Shown here in pieces: positions 1-12,796 of a stretch of 64,000 bases of DNA (positions within the stretch are counted from its first letter, which is position 1; every line of letters begins with the position of its first letter). The notes below the pieces were generated by a model. That model was not told the origin of the DNA, did not search any database, and saw only the letters and a program-made list of their open reading frames with translations. Source of the DNA: Ascidiella aspersa. Taxonomy: Eukaryota. The stretch spans positions 8,990,001 through 9,054,000 of the forward strand of contig OZ004613.1 of NCBI GenBank assembly GCA_963924565.1, in the 5' to 3' direction. The translations under genes were made by a program, and so were the position numbers.

Positions 1-2226
1 CTTTAAAGACATAACACTAAATACGCAGTATATGTTTCGCTTTTACAATCGCATAGGAATATCAAGCTGCACTGTTGTGGTCTGGATATCTATAAATTGT
101 GATATGAAGTTAAATCATAACTGCTAAAACGCAGTCTCTAACCGTCTCAATTTGTTTTTATAGTGAAACTATATTTTGGGTGTTTTTCTGTAATTTGAAC
201 GTTCAAAATGAATGTCAAAGTCAAAAGGGTCGAGTATCGACATCATATTACCATAATCACTTGTATTATCATCAGTTGATGTTTAGATGTCTATATACTC
301 AATCCTTTTAGCTTTCAAATTCATTTTTAAGCTACATTACAGATACATGAATAGTGTACCCAAGTTAAGATTGTAGTGCAAACTTAGATGGTTAAAATGC
401 CAGCCTAAATTTCAACTTTAAATGCTGATAATTTTCAATTTAAATCAAATTTAATTCTAATCTTGGTATCACTAGTTTGTAAACTATTAAACTTTGGTTT
501 ATAAAGGACGAAGTTTCTCGTGTCTATTAGCTAGTGATGTTACAGTCTACATCATACAACCAACAGCCGCTCGAAAATGAGGCGTAACTTGTAGTATACA
601 GCCTTACCTTGTCTTCCAATAGTAGAATTTAATATGTTGCTGTTTTTAATGACGACATGTTGTTGACAGCTATCACCGTTCACGCGTTCTGCAAATAGCC
701 ATGCACAGTATTATCGAAGTTTACAATCTCCATTTACAGTTGTCACATTATTTCAGCAATTGCGAGACCGGGTGTTACCAAGGAATACCAAAAACAGGTA
801 CATAGCAACCAAACCGCAATCAAACACAGTTTCATTGTTGAACAAATTTTGAACTGCTGTCTACTCAACTCACTATTTATATTGCCGCATTTTGATTTTC
901 TGCTTGGAATTTTGACCTTCTTTGTAGTCGAGCTGCTGGCTGTAAAATATCGTTTTCGTGAAGGTTAATGATTAACTATGATTTAGCCAGTGTTTGAGTT
1001 TGTCCTATGTTTAAAATAAATCAATGATTTCTATGAATTCGAACAATATCGCCATCTTTAAAGTTGTTTATTAACAATTTGCAAAAACGACTTTAGCTTA
1101 AAAAACAACAAAATTTAACAACATCCTAATAAATCCCAAGATTATGATATAAATACACATAAAGTAACTTTTATGTTGCCAGGTGCGTTTCCATGATTTT
1201 AGTTTAAAGGCGAGGTAATTTTCGAGGGACGGCATCAAATAGATATAACGTGACGTCATGAAACACTTAATTTTTAAAAGAACTGTTGTTCTCAAGTGAA
1301 ACGGGTCATTGTCTGGTGAGGCGGCAAACCAAGATCTTTGATTTTCTAAGCTATTTAAAAAAAAACTATTGGAAGCCACGAATGGAGGCCTTAAGCGTCT
1401 TATATTCTACTGACCCTGTCCGTATTACAATTACGCTATAATTGCTAATTTCTAACTAATAAGTTACCTTTGTTTCTCGAACTTCTTCTTAGTTGTTTTT
1501 TATCCATGTCAATTGTAGTGGCGTCACATGAGTTTTAGTTAAGTGACTCAAAATTAGTACGATTTTTTTTCATAAAGTGTCTGCAGTCACATGTTTTATA
1601 TCAGATTATTTGCATATCGAATAGGTGTACAGTCCAGACAATGTTGGCATTCAATGTTCGCTTGTGTGTTTGGTTAGCATAATACAACCCAAAATAGCTT
1701 TAAATGGTTCGAAAATTTTTTTTTTAGATATATCAAATTGTGTTGCCGGTTTTCGGATCAAAAAAGTTTTTAATTTTTATAAAACTTTAAATTCAAATGT
1801 AAAACCATCAACTACTTGTATATCAAGCTTTGTGCTGGGTTGAAAAAATTTATAATTTTGTACAAGAATGTACAGTGACAAGACTTCAGACGTTAATTTG
1901 TTGCTAAGACATTCCTAACCGAGGTGCTAACCCTTTGGTAAGCATTCCTTTCCGTATGCCCTTAATTACACCAAAATTAGGTTCTACAAAATAAATGTCG
2001 ATGCATAGACTTCAGTTACAAATAAATAGTTAAAAATCCAAAAAAGTACGTTTTCTACTATTGTATTTTATCAATATTTTTTTAAGGCTGTGTCCCACTC
2101 TTGGCTTGATTAAAGTAGCCTAACAAAAACTCAGAAAATCTGGCTAGACAGAAAACCTAGTGAACCCTGAGTGAATCAAATTTGATAAGTGGTCTTACTG
2201 CTTGGGTTATCTTTAATCATACAGAC

Positions 2227-2603
2227 CAGTGCTTTTCAACCTTTAAAATTTCCATCCGCACTTTTTAATTTCGGAAAATTTCCATCCGTACGAAACAAGC
2301 ACAGTAAGTTTGCAACCTTTAGCTTTATTTGTGAAATAACAATGAAAGGGTTTGTGTATCAAAACCGTGTGCCTAAGTCTTGACCGATATCAACTAGATA
2401 GCGTAAGCTGCAATAACCCACTACGAGACTATATCACTGTAGCTGTAACGCATAAGTGGGCGCACCAGCTTATTTGATTACTGTTAAAAAATAATAACAT
2501 GCACCATTCTCATCCGTACATTCATCCGCACGACGTTAGTCATCCGCATTACATTTTTTTTATTCGCACAAGTGCGTACCATCCCACAGGTTGAAAAGCA
2601 CTG
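2227..2603. mobile_element. Non-autonomous hAT-type MITE
   Basis: Perfect 16-bp TIR CAGTGCTTTTCAACCT; perfect 8-bp TSD ATACAGAC (2219-2226 / 2604-2611); internal catccg repeats. Confidence 0.9.
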
Positions 2604-4079
2604 ATACAGACTATTGGCTGAGCACAGACAAAAACAAATTTTTTGGCCAACTATACAGTATCCTGCATTGAAGTTTTTGTAAACCGTAAACAAAACACCA
2701 ATAAGTTTAATTAGCACTAATAAATTTAAATTTAATAATTATGATCCATGTCTTGGTATTGCTTCCGCAAGTGTCTCAGGTTTTGGAGAGCTTATTTCTC
2801 AGAACCAATCTCCATAAAAAAAAAACCATGCGAACTACAGCAGTCGGCCACCCAACCAAGCAAAACGGCCACCCAAGTTTGGGTGGCGACTTATGGGTTA
2901 GGAAACAGTGAGTTAAGCTATCGAGTGAGTCTAACTGCCATATTCCTGACCAGCACAACCTTTACATCTAAACTACAATTCAACAGAACCTGTGTTTCAC
3001 CATATTAAACCCAAACGACACTGCACTACGCGTAACGAAGCTATATGCCAGAACGCTATCGACGTCAAAAAGAGGAACAAGCAATATTGTTGAACGACCG
3101 ATGTAACCCAAGCAGTACGTTGTAAATACAAAGGCAAAAGGGGAATCCCGAAAAGGTACACTGCCAGCCCGCCACGCTGTAAAGAAATGTACGGAAAAAT
3201 GCAGTTGTGATCAATTGGGGCTAAAAAGAGCAGTCAGGCCTCAACATGAGTGGCTTCGACCATGACTTTGACAGCTAAAAGTTGTTTTTTAACCGCTTTT
3301 ATTGGAATCGAAAAACAACGTTGTAATGACTTAATTAAGTCACTGTTTTTAAATGACTTCACTAAACTAGTATTTCGGGCTTTTTTGTTATTTTGTAGTT
3401 GAGTTATTGTTTCTAGTAATTGATCAAGTTAACTTATTTTAATATTTGACAAGAACTTGACTTAAAATTGACTTGACCTGTTTATTCAAAAATATTTGAC
3501 TTTAACTTGAGTTATTTCACCAACAACATGACTTAGACCTAAGCTGTTTTCAAATCACTTGGCTGAAACCTTTTAAAAATGACTCGTTTAGAACACTGTC
3601 GAGCAGTAAAATTTACATTGCAAAAATTGTCACACGTTAAAAAATTACCTATAGGCCCACCCCGAGAAAAAAAATCACCTACCTTTCAAAATATTACAAC
3701 GCTACGCGCTAAAATAGCGTAACTTGCGTAAAACCATTTTTATTTTTTAGTATTTTAAACATTTTATAAAGCGCTTGCTCTGTTGTAAATTTTAGAATTT
3801 TTGGCAAAGGGGTGCACTGTAGAAAATAAAGTGTTTTGTAATGAACGCTGACGGGACATCGTAAAACAAATGTAAGCGAAATAAACACTGCATTTGAAAT
3901 GTCGTAAAATTGGCGGTAAGGCAAGTTACAGTTGATTAATCGGTTAAAGTTTTTATAATTTTTTTGAGGAATTTTATAAAAACAACAAAACTATATTGGG
4001 AGTTAGTTGCCTTCTTGTGTTAATTTGAAGCGCATATATTATATCCGTAGTGTATTTTGGCAAACTATATACTGTAATG

Positions 4080-4487
4080 CAGGCGTGGGCAAATGTATTC
4101 AATGGAAGAGCCATTTGCAGAAAATACAAGCAGTCAAGAGCCTCAAAATTATTTCAACACAAATAAAAAGGCCAGCCGCAATAATAACAGAATTGTAATC
4201 TAACAAAACGGTAATAACCAACATTATAAAAACAGTAATAGCAAAATAACACGCACAATATTTATTACTATCAGTCTTTTGTTAACTAACTCGTCGGACT
4301 CTATGTTTAGTGGTACGTCATAAACGAAATGCTGGCCTAAATAAAGAAAAGTAAAATTGAGAAACGTTTACAAACGGTACTCTTGGTAACCTTTATTTTT
4401 TGAAATATTACGATTCAACTAGAAGAGCCACAAAAAACATGCCGGAGAGCCGCATGCGGCTCGCGAGCCGCAGTTTGCCCACCCCTG
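4080..4487. mobile_element. hAT (Charlie/Buster-like) MITE
   Basis: TIR CAGGCGTGGGCAAA / TTTGCCCACCCCTG; TSD CTGTAATG on both sides; absent from the homologous position upstream of copy 2 (~24180). Confidence 0.9.
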
Positions 4488-5139
4488 CTGTAATGCATTG
4501 CAATGCCTATTGCCCATATAAAGCCAATTGAATTGCGTATAGTAGACGACACTTAATTCAAATACAACGTTTTAAGTGAAATAGCCTTCATTTTAGGAAA
4601 CATTTTCTGTTTATTTGGCTGAATTTATTGTAAGAATACACAATGCCTTCTTTGTGTTGCACTGCTTCAACGTTGCGAGTAAAGCGTTGTAGGTAATGGA
4701 TGTTTTTTGTGGAACTTTAACATTCTGAACCAATGCCATTCTCTAGTTTTAGTTTAATGTGTCATATCCTTCAATTATGCAACTTTCCGTGTATCCGAGC
4801 TCTGTATGCTAATTGCCAAAAATCACTTGGTATTTACCGTTAAAATTTGCTAGTAGAAAGCACACGTTTTTTATGGAGGCGATTTTGACTAATACGTTTA
4901 AAAAACTGTGCAATTTTTAAAAACAGAAGTCTGAAATTCATTGGTTAGTGCAAACAATTGGCCGATATCCCTGTACTTCCGACTGAAACACTAAATACAC
5001 TTGAAAAAGGCTGAACTGTCAGTATAACGTGAAATTAGACACAAATTAATTAAAATATAAATGCGACTTCAAAGTTCAAAGTATTTAGGTAAAAATATTT
5101 GAGATGTCTTTATATATTTGAGTGCTAGGAAAATCCTAA

Positions 5140-5343
5140 TACCAAACTGTACTTCAAAATGCCGCTTGTTACATCACAGAGTCACAATGGCTGGTTTTGG
5201 CTGATTTTTTTAAGTTTAGAATGAGAACTTTGAGAGGAGATAGAAAGACGTGTTTTACAGAGTTGTTGCAAAAGCGATTATTATCAGATTGAAAGCGATT
5301 TTGAGGATTCTGCTGTATTTCAGTGGCATCTGGTTCGATAAAA
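5140..5343 (+). promoter_or_regulatory. Conserved upstream block of the kinase gene (putative promoter/5' leader, with an acceptor-like AG about 21 nt before the ATG)
   Basis: Near-identical at ~25243-25447 and recognisable inverted at ~59840-60055. Contains gttacatcaca..gtcacaat and tgtatttcag| before the start codon in all copies. Confidence 0.45.
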
Positions 5344-8300
5344 ATGAATTTACAGGTAAAGGAGTATCTTCTTCACAAAGAAAGAAGAATTTGTGCGGAT
5401 CATGGGTACAAAGTGGATGATAAATACTTAGGAGGTGGAGCCACAGGTAGAGTATTTTTGGCCCGTCCTACTAAGAAGAAGATCAAATCCTCCGAGAAGT
5501 TGATGTTAGTCAAGAAGAAAAATGAGCAACTTAAGGTTAGCAAATGTTAATTGTGTAGTTTGTAAGTTTGACTGGTTAGGCTACTCAATTTAAATAGGTG
5601 TACTTTCAAAATAAGATAAGTAAAATAGGAAAGCAAATAGTTAATATTTTCATTTTAGAGGAACCTAACGCCAAAGATTTAAAGACCAGATTTTTAAACA
5701 AAGTTTTATAGACCTATTCATTTTTTTTGACAAATCACAATTTTTTCAGTAACTTCCATTTTTTGGCACTTAACTTTTTATTGCCGTGGTAACGATCACG
5801 TGATTTTCTTCAAGCCAAGCGTGAAATGCATTCCAGTCATTATGACGTAACCTTAAAACTGGGCTGATTTTTTTTAACTTGTTTGCCATTACTTACTATA
5901 AGTTAGGGTTAATATCCGTTGAAATAATTTAAATATTACATCAGAAAACCTGAACTGCTACTTTCATTGGCGCGTTTGCGATTTGCAGTTGTATTCAACG
6001 GAAATTAACGTTTATTAGGCCAAAAGTACAATGCAAATGAAGTTATAGTACTTATCGACTTTATTTAGTTAATTACTCGCATCCTTTAGGCAAAAGTTTT
6101 AGAAAAAAACACACGAAACAAGAAGCTTAATTGTGACTTTAAGAAAGCATGAAGATTTGGTGTTCCGCCAAACTTTAGAATGAATAAAATATGTTGGGAT
6201 TTGCTATGTTGTCTAAAAAGCTATATAAAATTAAATGTTTATTTTTCACAGGTTGCAATCAAGATCTGCTATGCGGACAACGGAGCCGACTGTATATCAG
6301 CTTTATGGAGATGCTTACCGGGCGAAATAGGAAACTGCAACAAGTGTTTTGGACTTCCAAACATTGTATGTATAACTGTATAACCTACACGTAAAATTTT
6401 GTGGTAAAAGGGTTGATAAATAAATTAAAAGTTACACTCGCCAGTCGGCGGGTGTGTCGAATCATCCAGACAGATCATGCTTGAGGAAATATCACTTCCT
6501 AAAATGTTAGGTTGCCGTCTGTTCATTTTTTCTGAGCATTTTCAGCGATTAGTTACCCTGCCTTATTTGACATAGATTGTTGACTGCTCTACCGAATGCT
6601 TAGCACTTTTAATCATGTTTATGTTTAATTCGCTTTTGGAATTGCGCAAGGGCGTATCACCAGCGATTTACGCAATATTTGGCCTGTAATCTTTGGGGTT
6701 TCAGATATTGACGCAGAACAATTAATTATTTGCTTAAGGCACTCAGCAGTCTGAATCAGCACTTAGTCCAAAGCAAATTTCTCAACACTTTGGTAGTTTG
6801 TAACTAACCCATTGGTTTTCAGGTGAACCTGTTGGATGTGTTCGTTGCAAGCAAGCGAATATTTATGGTGATGGAGTTCGCGGCCAGAGGCGACCTTCGG
6901 CAAACTTTTAAGGAGCACATTTGCACAAATCCAAAGAGAAGGAGATATTTAGACGAACAACTTGCCGCTCGATATTTCATGGAAATTGCCAAAGGCGTCC
7001 AACAACTGCACACGAATAACATCGCACACAGGTAAAACACTTTCACCATGTTGATAATAATTTAATATTTATTCGAATAATGTAAAATATGCAACCTACA
7101 CTTCTGTTTGGTTTGATATTGATTCTACGCTTTGACGTTGATTCTACGCCAAACTAGAACCTCTAACTATTATTATGCGCCAAATGTTGCACTTTTTTAC
7201 AGTTATAGACTGTTAGTAAAAACCGATATAAAGCATAACGCTATTTCATTACCCTGCAGGTGTTTATAATTTTATAGGCTATTTCATCAGTTTAGCTATA
7301 TATATATAATTTGTGCATTTTCTTCATTTTTGTTTCCGCACATAAACACATGGGAATGCTTTTTTTATACAGCAACACGTAATTATTTTTTTCTTAATTT
7401 AAGAAATTATTTCAGGATTTCACTGCTGTTTTTTTGACATAAAAGTTATTATTTTTTTTTGGTTTTTTGAATTTAAAAACGCTGGTTTGTGTGGTTCGTT
7501 TTGTACCGTTTGGTTGTATTATTTATAGGGATTTGAAACTGGACAACATACTAGTGACAGGCGACGGACAAGTGAAAATATGCGATCTTGGATTTTCCGT
7601 TGCTGCCTCGAGCAAACCTAGTGGTCGACAAAACTTACTTTGTACTACGAATTGCGGTACTCGTGGTTATGTGGCTCCCGAGGTTTCGAATAGACACGAA
7701 ACGCCTTACAATCCATTTCACGCTGATGTGTGGAGCATGTACGTACTAAACGTAGTTTTAAGTTTAGATAATTTAAAAATTCATTAAATTAATACAGATA
7801 CATGAATATATAATGTTTTGAAAACGTTAAGAACAAGATATTATTTATTTTATTCACCTCTATTTGTTTTTTTAGGGGAGTTATTCTTTTTTTAATGACA
7901 AATGGGTATTTGCCATTTGACGGAAATACTACAGACGAAATCTACCAGAAGATTTCAGATTTCGAGGGTCAACCGCTGCCTTTTCGTAAACGTCTCTCAC
8001 TTGGTAAGAAAATATGACAAAATGAACATTTCTTCTTTATTTGCCATTTAACATGATTTTCAAACAGGTTGTAGAGAGTTACTAAATCGCTTGCTGGAAA
8101 GAAATTCAGAAGAAAGGCCGACAGTTGACGAAATTGTACAAGATCCGTGGTTAGCGCAACACACACTTTCCAGGGTAAGTTTGTTTGTGAACTAGATTTG
8201 ATTAACCGTGGTGAATTTCTTACACAATAACTTTGCGTTCCAGGAATCTCCGCCAAATACGGAGCACCTGACTGCTGTTTCTGGCAATTCAGGTTCGTGT

Positions 8301-11300
8301 TAAACCTTCAACGTTATTCAAACATATGCATTTTGTTTGCGAATTAAGAATTCTTCCTCTCTTTTGCAGTTTACAAGTTTCAGTCGACCTACGTCAGCCA
8401 CTACCTGTGGCAACGCATGATGCTGCTGGACGAGCGTCGTAAGTTTCTCCTCGGAGCGGGAAACAGTCCGGAGGACCTTCTGGACGCCGGAATCCTGATC
8501 GCGCTTCCGCTGGAAGACACGGGCGGAATGCGCGTCACCGAAGTCTGGAGGTTGGAAGAAAACGAGCTGCGCAAGTCTGACGTCATCCCCGATCCTTTCA
8601 AGAGGAAGCAGGATCGGAAGACCGAAGTCCTCCAGGATCCCTGGACTTGGTCTCCGGATGTTGAAGAGCCGACCCTCGGCATTCGCTGCGTGGAGCGAGT
8701 TGTTACGGAGTCGCCGTTGCTTGACGAATGGCGGGAATTCATGGAAAAAGGAATAACACCGAAAGGCTACTTGGCGAATTGCATGGTGCATTGCAACACA
8801 GTTGATCTCGCCGAAAAGCCTCGGAGCCCAAAGGAGCCTTTTCGTAAACGCGATAAAGCTGCCGAGAGGAAAGTCAAGTTTGCCGCTGTTCGCCAAAGCT
8901 TGCTCGGTTATCGTCCTAGGAATAGCAGTGACGAAGCTGTTTCTTTAAAAAATGGAAGCGACAAAAGAAGTTCGGGAAAATCAGCGGTTTCTCACGATGA
9001 TTCTGCAGCAATATATCGCACAAAGAATGCAGATAAGGTGCCAATAATTGTTTAATTTAACATCGTTCACTATTTTTATTTTTTGACTTTACAATTGTTT
9101 TTTTGATAATATACATTTTTAGATTGTAAACAAACCTGAACCTAATGGAAACTTGAAAGAACAAATCGACAATCGTAAAAAAGGAAAGAAGACTCAAAAA
9201 TCGAAAATAGCTCAAGCTGATGAAAAGCTATACTCTAAAGGTATATGCATTGTATGTTGGTTAAAAGTACATGATATAAGCATTAATTTTTTTGTGTGTG
9301 TTTACAGTTTTAAAGATCTTGAATTTAACAACGTTATTGCTAAATGCTATATAATTAACACATTTTTTAACGTCTATTATATGTTTTGTCAAGGCTTACC
9401 TTTCTGTTATATGTTGACACGTCTCGTCGTTTTCTGTTGAGTGGCAGGTTTCAGTCAAATTGGCAGACTGCAATTCACTCATTTGTTCTGTCTTGTCTGT
9501 TTGTCTCATGTTGTCTTGTGGTTATCCCCTAACCTCTTCGATCAGCTAAGTATCCCAAGTCTGCAAGAGGCGAACAGACCTAACATGCGTTTCATTGCAG
9601 CTGGAGCCGAGAAACTACAACTTCGAGAAGATAGCGAAAAATCAGTTTGTTCACCGACGTTACATGACTCAAAGGAGCAGGTTAAGACTTTAGATGGACT
9701 AAAATCTGGGGGACTGTCGCATTTGAAAAAGAACCCTAATTCCACCATCAAGATGCAAAGCAGCCAAAGCGTTAGAGACGAGCCACATTCCTGTTCGAAA
9801 GATAAACGTGAGAAAAACCTTTGCAGCAAAATTTCCAAACCAAGAAATGAAGTACGAAAATATAGCGAAGCAGAAAAGCAAAATAGATTTGATGTTCAAA
9901 TTTGTGAGACTCTTCCAGAAGGTAAATATATCAAACATTTTGATGTTTTGTCAACAGTTAGTTCTAACATCAAACAAAACATTAAGTTGAATAAATTTAA
10001 AAATCTTTTAACTAACAATTTCAGAAAATCCTTCTGTCAAATTTTCGAAGCAGAAAATTAAAGAAGACCTTATAATAAAGCCAGTTAATCCGTATGTACA
10101 TCAGGCCGTGCTGGAGCAGTTAGACGAATCTGGCTCTGATGATTTCAAGTCAGCAAAGGTAAAACCGCGATTTGTATTTACTATTTCTTGGATTTGTAAC
10201 GCTAATGTAAATCGGCAAGAATTTTGATTAAAAAAATAGGAGAAGGCTTGGTTTATTTTATCTGTAGAGTTAAATATCCATGTCATGATACAAAAAACCT
10301 TTTACTTTTTCAGTGCAGGCCACATTTAATGCAGCTTGCCAGAATAAATAATCCCCTTTTAATTGACGCACTACAAAAGGTGAATAAACTGAAATTTGCA
10401 AATTGAGTTTGTTTATAGTGTTTTAAAGAAACGAATTTTTGTTATATATTAAAGCAACCCAAATTAAACGAACGATATTTTATTTGCTTTTTTCAATATG
10501 ACAACAAGCTTATATGCATTAACAGCACTTAAAACGGAACGAATTGCAAAAGCTTGAAAAAAGTGTTGCGAAAGACGAACATCCTTTTCAAGTCAAAAAC
10601 ATAAAGGTCGAAAACAACTCGAACCAAATGAAGTACAGCCAAGCAAAACTTCTTAAGGTGCATTTTATTTCTTCCTTTTGTTATCAAGTTTTCAGTTGAA
10701 CTTTTTATTAATTCGTACTTAATTTACAGATGTTGAAACGAGTTGATTTGCAAAAGCTTAATAATGTTGCGAAAATCTCAAATACTTTCAGCGTCGTCGG
10801 TAAGTTACAAAGTACACTTGTTTTTATATAATGCTAAATTGCTAAGTAAGATGTAATAAAAAATTATTTTCTTCATTAAAGAACGACACGACCCTTCAAA
10901 GCCATCCCGAGTTCACGCCAAGTTAAAAGAAGAGCTTTTGAAAGCTAGGGCACGAAGCCGAAGTTTGGTCGGTAAGTTTCTCTTGCATTTTCTATACGTT
11001 GTAACCCCTTAACAGTATTTATGGAGTCGTAATTTTTAAACTGTTAAGTAAAAAACGTATTAAGCATCAATTTTTTCTTAAAATACCAGACATATATATT
11101 TTGCTATAGAAACAGGCATCCTTATTTTCTGTAGAAAAAACAAACTTGTTGTAAAATCATTGTCAAGTAACCACTCAATATAAACTATATATATTGTTAC
11201 GTCACAGATGGGACAATCGGTGCCCCCGTTCACCCTAGTGTCGCTGACTCCTCGTTGAAGAAACAACATTTGCGACCCATCAAAAACAACTCAACAAACG

Positions 11301-12796
11301 TTATCGGTAGGTTCCCTTAAATATCAAAGATTTCATAAAGCCAACTTTAAAACAGTTGAAAATTTTTGTAAGATCACCTTTTAAAAATGTCAGTTAATGG
11401 CTGTTCTGTCGATAAAGCGTAGTTTCTTTACACAATCGAGTAGGCCTGCATGGTATTCTTGCCCTTCAGTTGTATTCTTGCGTTGTATTTTTTTTCCATG
11501 GTATTCTTGCCCTTCAATTTTTATTTTTTATTTTTTGTGATAAATGAAATGTATAACTGTAGTTACCTTGTTTTAATATTTTACTCTCTTTAATTGTTTT
11601 ATCCTCTTTACACCCCACAGAACAACCACCTCCAGCCATCCATAAGAACTGCTCAAAGTCTTCAAGTCTGACGGAGGTTGCAGCAATAAGCACTGAAGTA
11701 GACCGTGTCGTTCCCAGCACCGAATCCAGGCAATCCAACACCAACACTTCGTTCAACGCAAAAGATGGCGCTAATAAACCACAAGAAAGCAGCAGACCGT
11801 TGATCAGAAGACCATTACAAAGGGTCAGACCACATCCGAAAAATGACCAACTTTTGGAATTTGCCCCCAAACGTTGTCCAAAAGTGCCAAAACCACCTAA
11901 AGCTGACCAGAAGTCACCGAAAGTATGTCCATCTGTAATTCGACGTCCAATTGTCGCTGCAATGGCACATATTAACCAAAGGGTTGAAAAGAAAGGACAA
12001 AGCGTTCCTGAACCCGACTTAGCGCAACCAAGAGCGCCAGAGCAGCCAAGACAGAATACAAATATATCAACAGGAATCAAAAAAAGGATTCTTAACGAAA
12101 AGTCGCCAGAAAAACGCAACTCAGAAAACGAGGCCCGGGTTTCAAAGGACGTGTTTTCATCCACAGATATGGCTGAAAAAATCTACGCCCCTCGCCCGCC
12201 AGAGAAAGACAAAAAAAACATCAGCGCGAATTAAAAGACCAAAAGGCAAGCCACTATCTGTGCACACGTGCGACAAGAAAGACAAATGCCGAGCAACTTT
12301 AATTCACATCGGAAAACCTCCCGCCTCGAATGCCGAAGATGGTCGAAACACTGGAAACCACAGCAAGTGCGGTTACGACAAAAGCCAAGGGGATCAGCAA
12401 GTAAAGTGTGTGAACACGCCGTCAAATCACGCCAAGCCTCGTTCAGAGTCAAATCCACCAAAAGAAGTCCCAAGTAAACTAGAGCCACCGCAAGCTGGGA
12501 ATTCCCCCGTAGTGAGAAGGGCCTTCGAAGTCGGTTCGCGACGATTCGGCAGAATTCTGCGTCAAAGAATCCCGAATGAAAGCGAACCGCGCGAAGTCGA
12601 GAGAGCGGACTTAAGGCCCGTGCGTCCGCAGGGAACGAAGCCCGACAAACTCCGCAAAGCTCGTGTTGTCAAATCAAGCGAAACAAGGCGACCCGAGCTA
12701 ATAGAAGAGAAGGTAAAGGTCGAGGTTGTGAAAGGCAAGCCGCCGGCTGACCCAAAGCGAAAGAGGTCGGCCATCTTGCAGCGAAAATCCAAGTGA
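5344..12796 (+). CDS. TSSK-like (CAMK group) Ser/Thr protein kinase with long C-terminal extension, copy 1; 17 coding exons; one +1 frameshift in the last exon (A8 run 12211-12218)
   Basis: GT-AG exons joining in frame: 5344-5535, 6252-6365, 6823-7031, 7529-7738, 7876-8003, 8068-8174, 8244-8292, 8370-9037, 9123-9240, 9601-9921, 10025-10158, 10314-10379, 10526-10657, 10730-10799, 10882-10971, 11208-11306, 11621-12796. Motifs: GGGATG glycine loop, VAIK, LPGEI (compare TSSK FLPRE), HRDLKLDN, DLG, TNCGTRGYVAPE, PYNPFHADVWSMGVIL, LPFD, RPTVDEIVQDPW. As written the frame stops at 12234; copy 2 lacks the extra base and runs to the homologue of stop 12796. Confidence 0.85.
9400..9560 (-). other. Putative antisense exon nested in kinase copy 1 intron 9
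   Basis: Minus strand: tctgttcgcctcttgcag| acceptor, ATG at 9509 with an in-frame upstream stop, 36 open codons (MRQTDKTEQMSELQSANLTETCHSTENDETCQHITE), then AG|GTAAG donor at 9400/9399. Conserved in all three copies. Confidence 0.45.

Noticed and set aside
600-970. Splice-like signals on both strands near the window start
   Set aside because: No open frame links the candidate sites; at most non-coding exons, which cannot be supported without transcripts.
8318-8896. Long antisense ORFs (192 aa and 113 aa) opposite exon 8, and their equivalents in copies 2 and 3
   Set aside because: Expected shadows of a GC-rich coding exon; the 192-aa frame is broken by a stop in copy 2.
11514-12164. 216-218-aa antisense ORFs opposite the last kinase exon
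   Set aside because: Shadow of the sense exon, no recognisable domain, and not preserved in copy 3.
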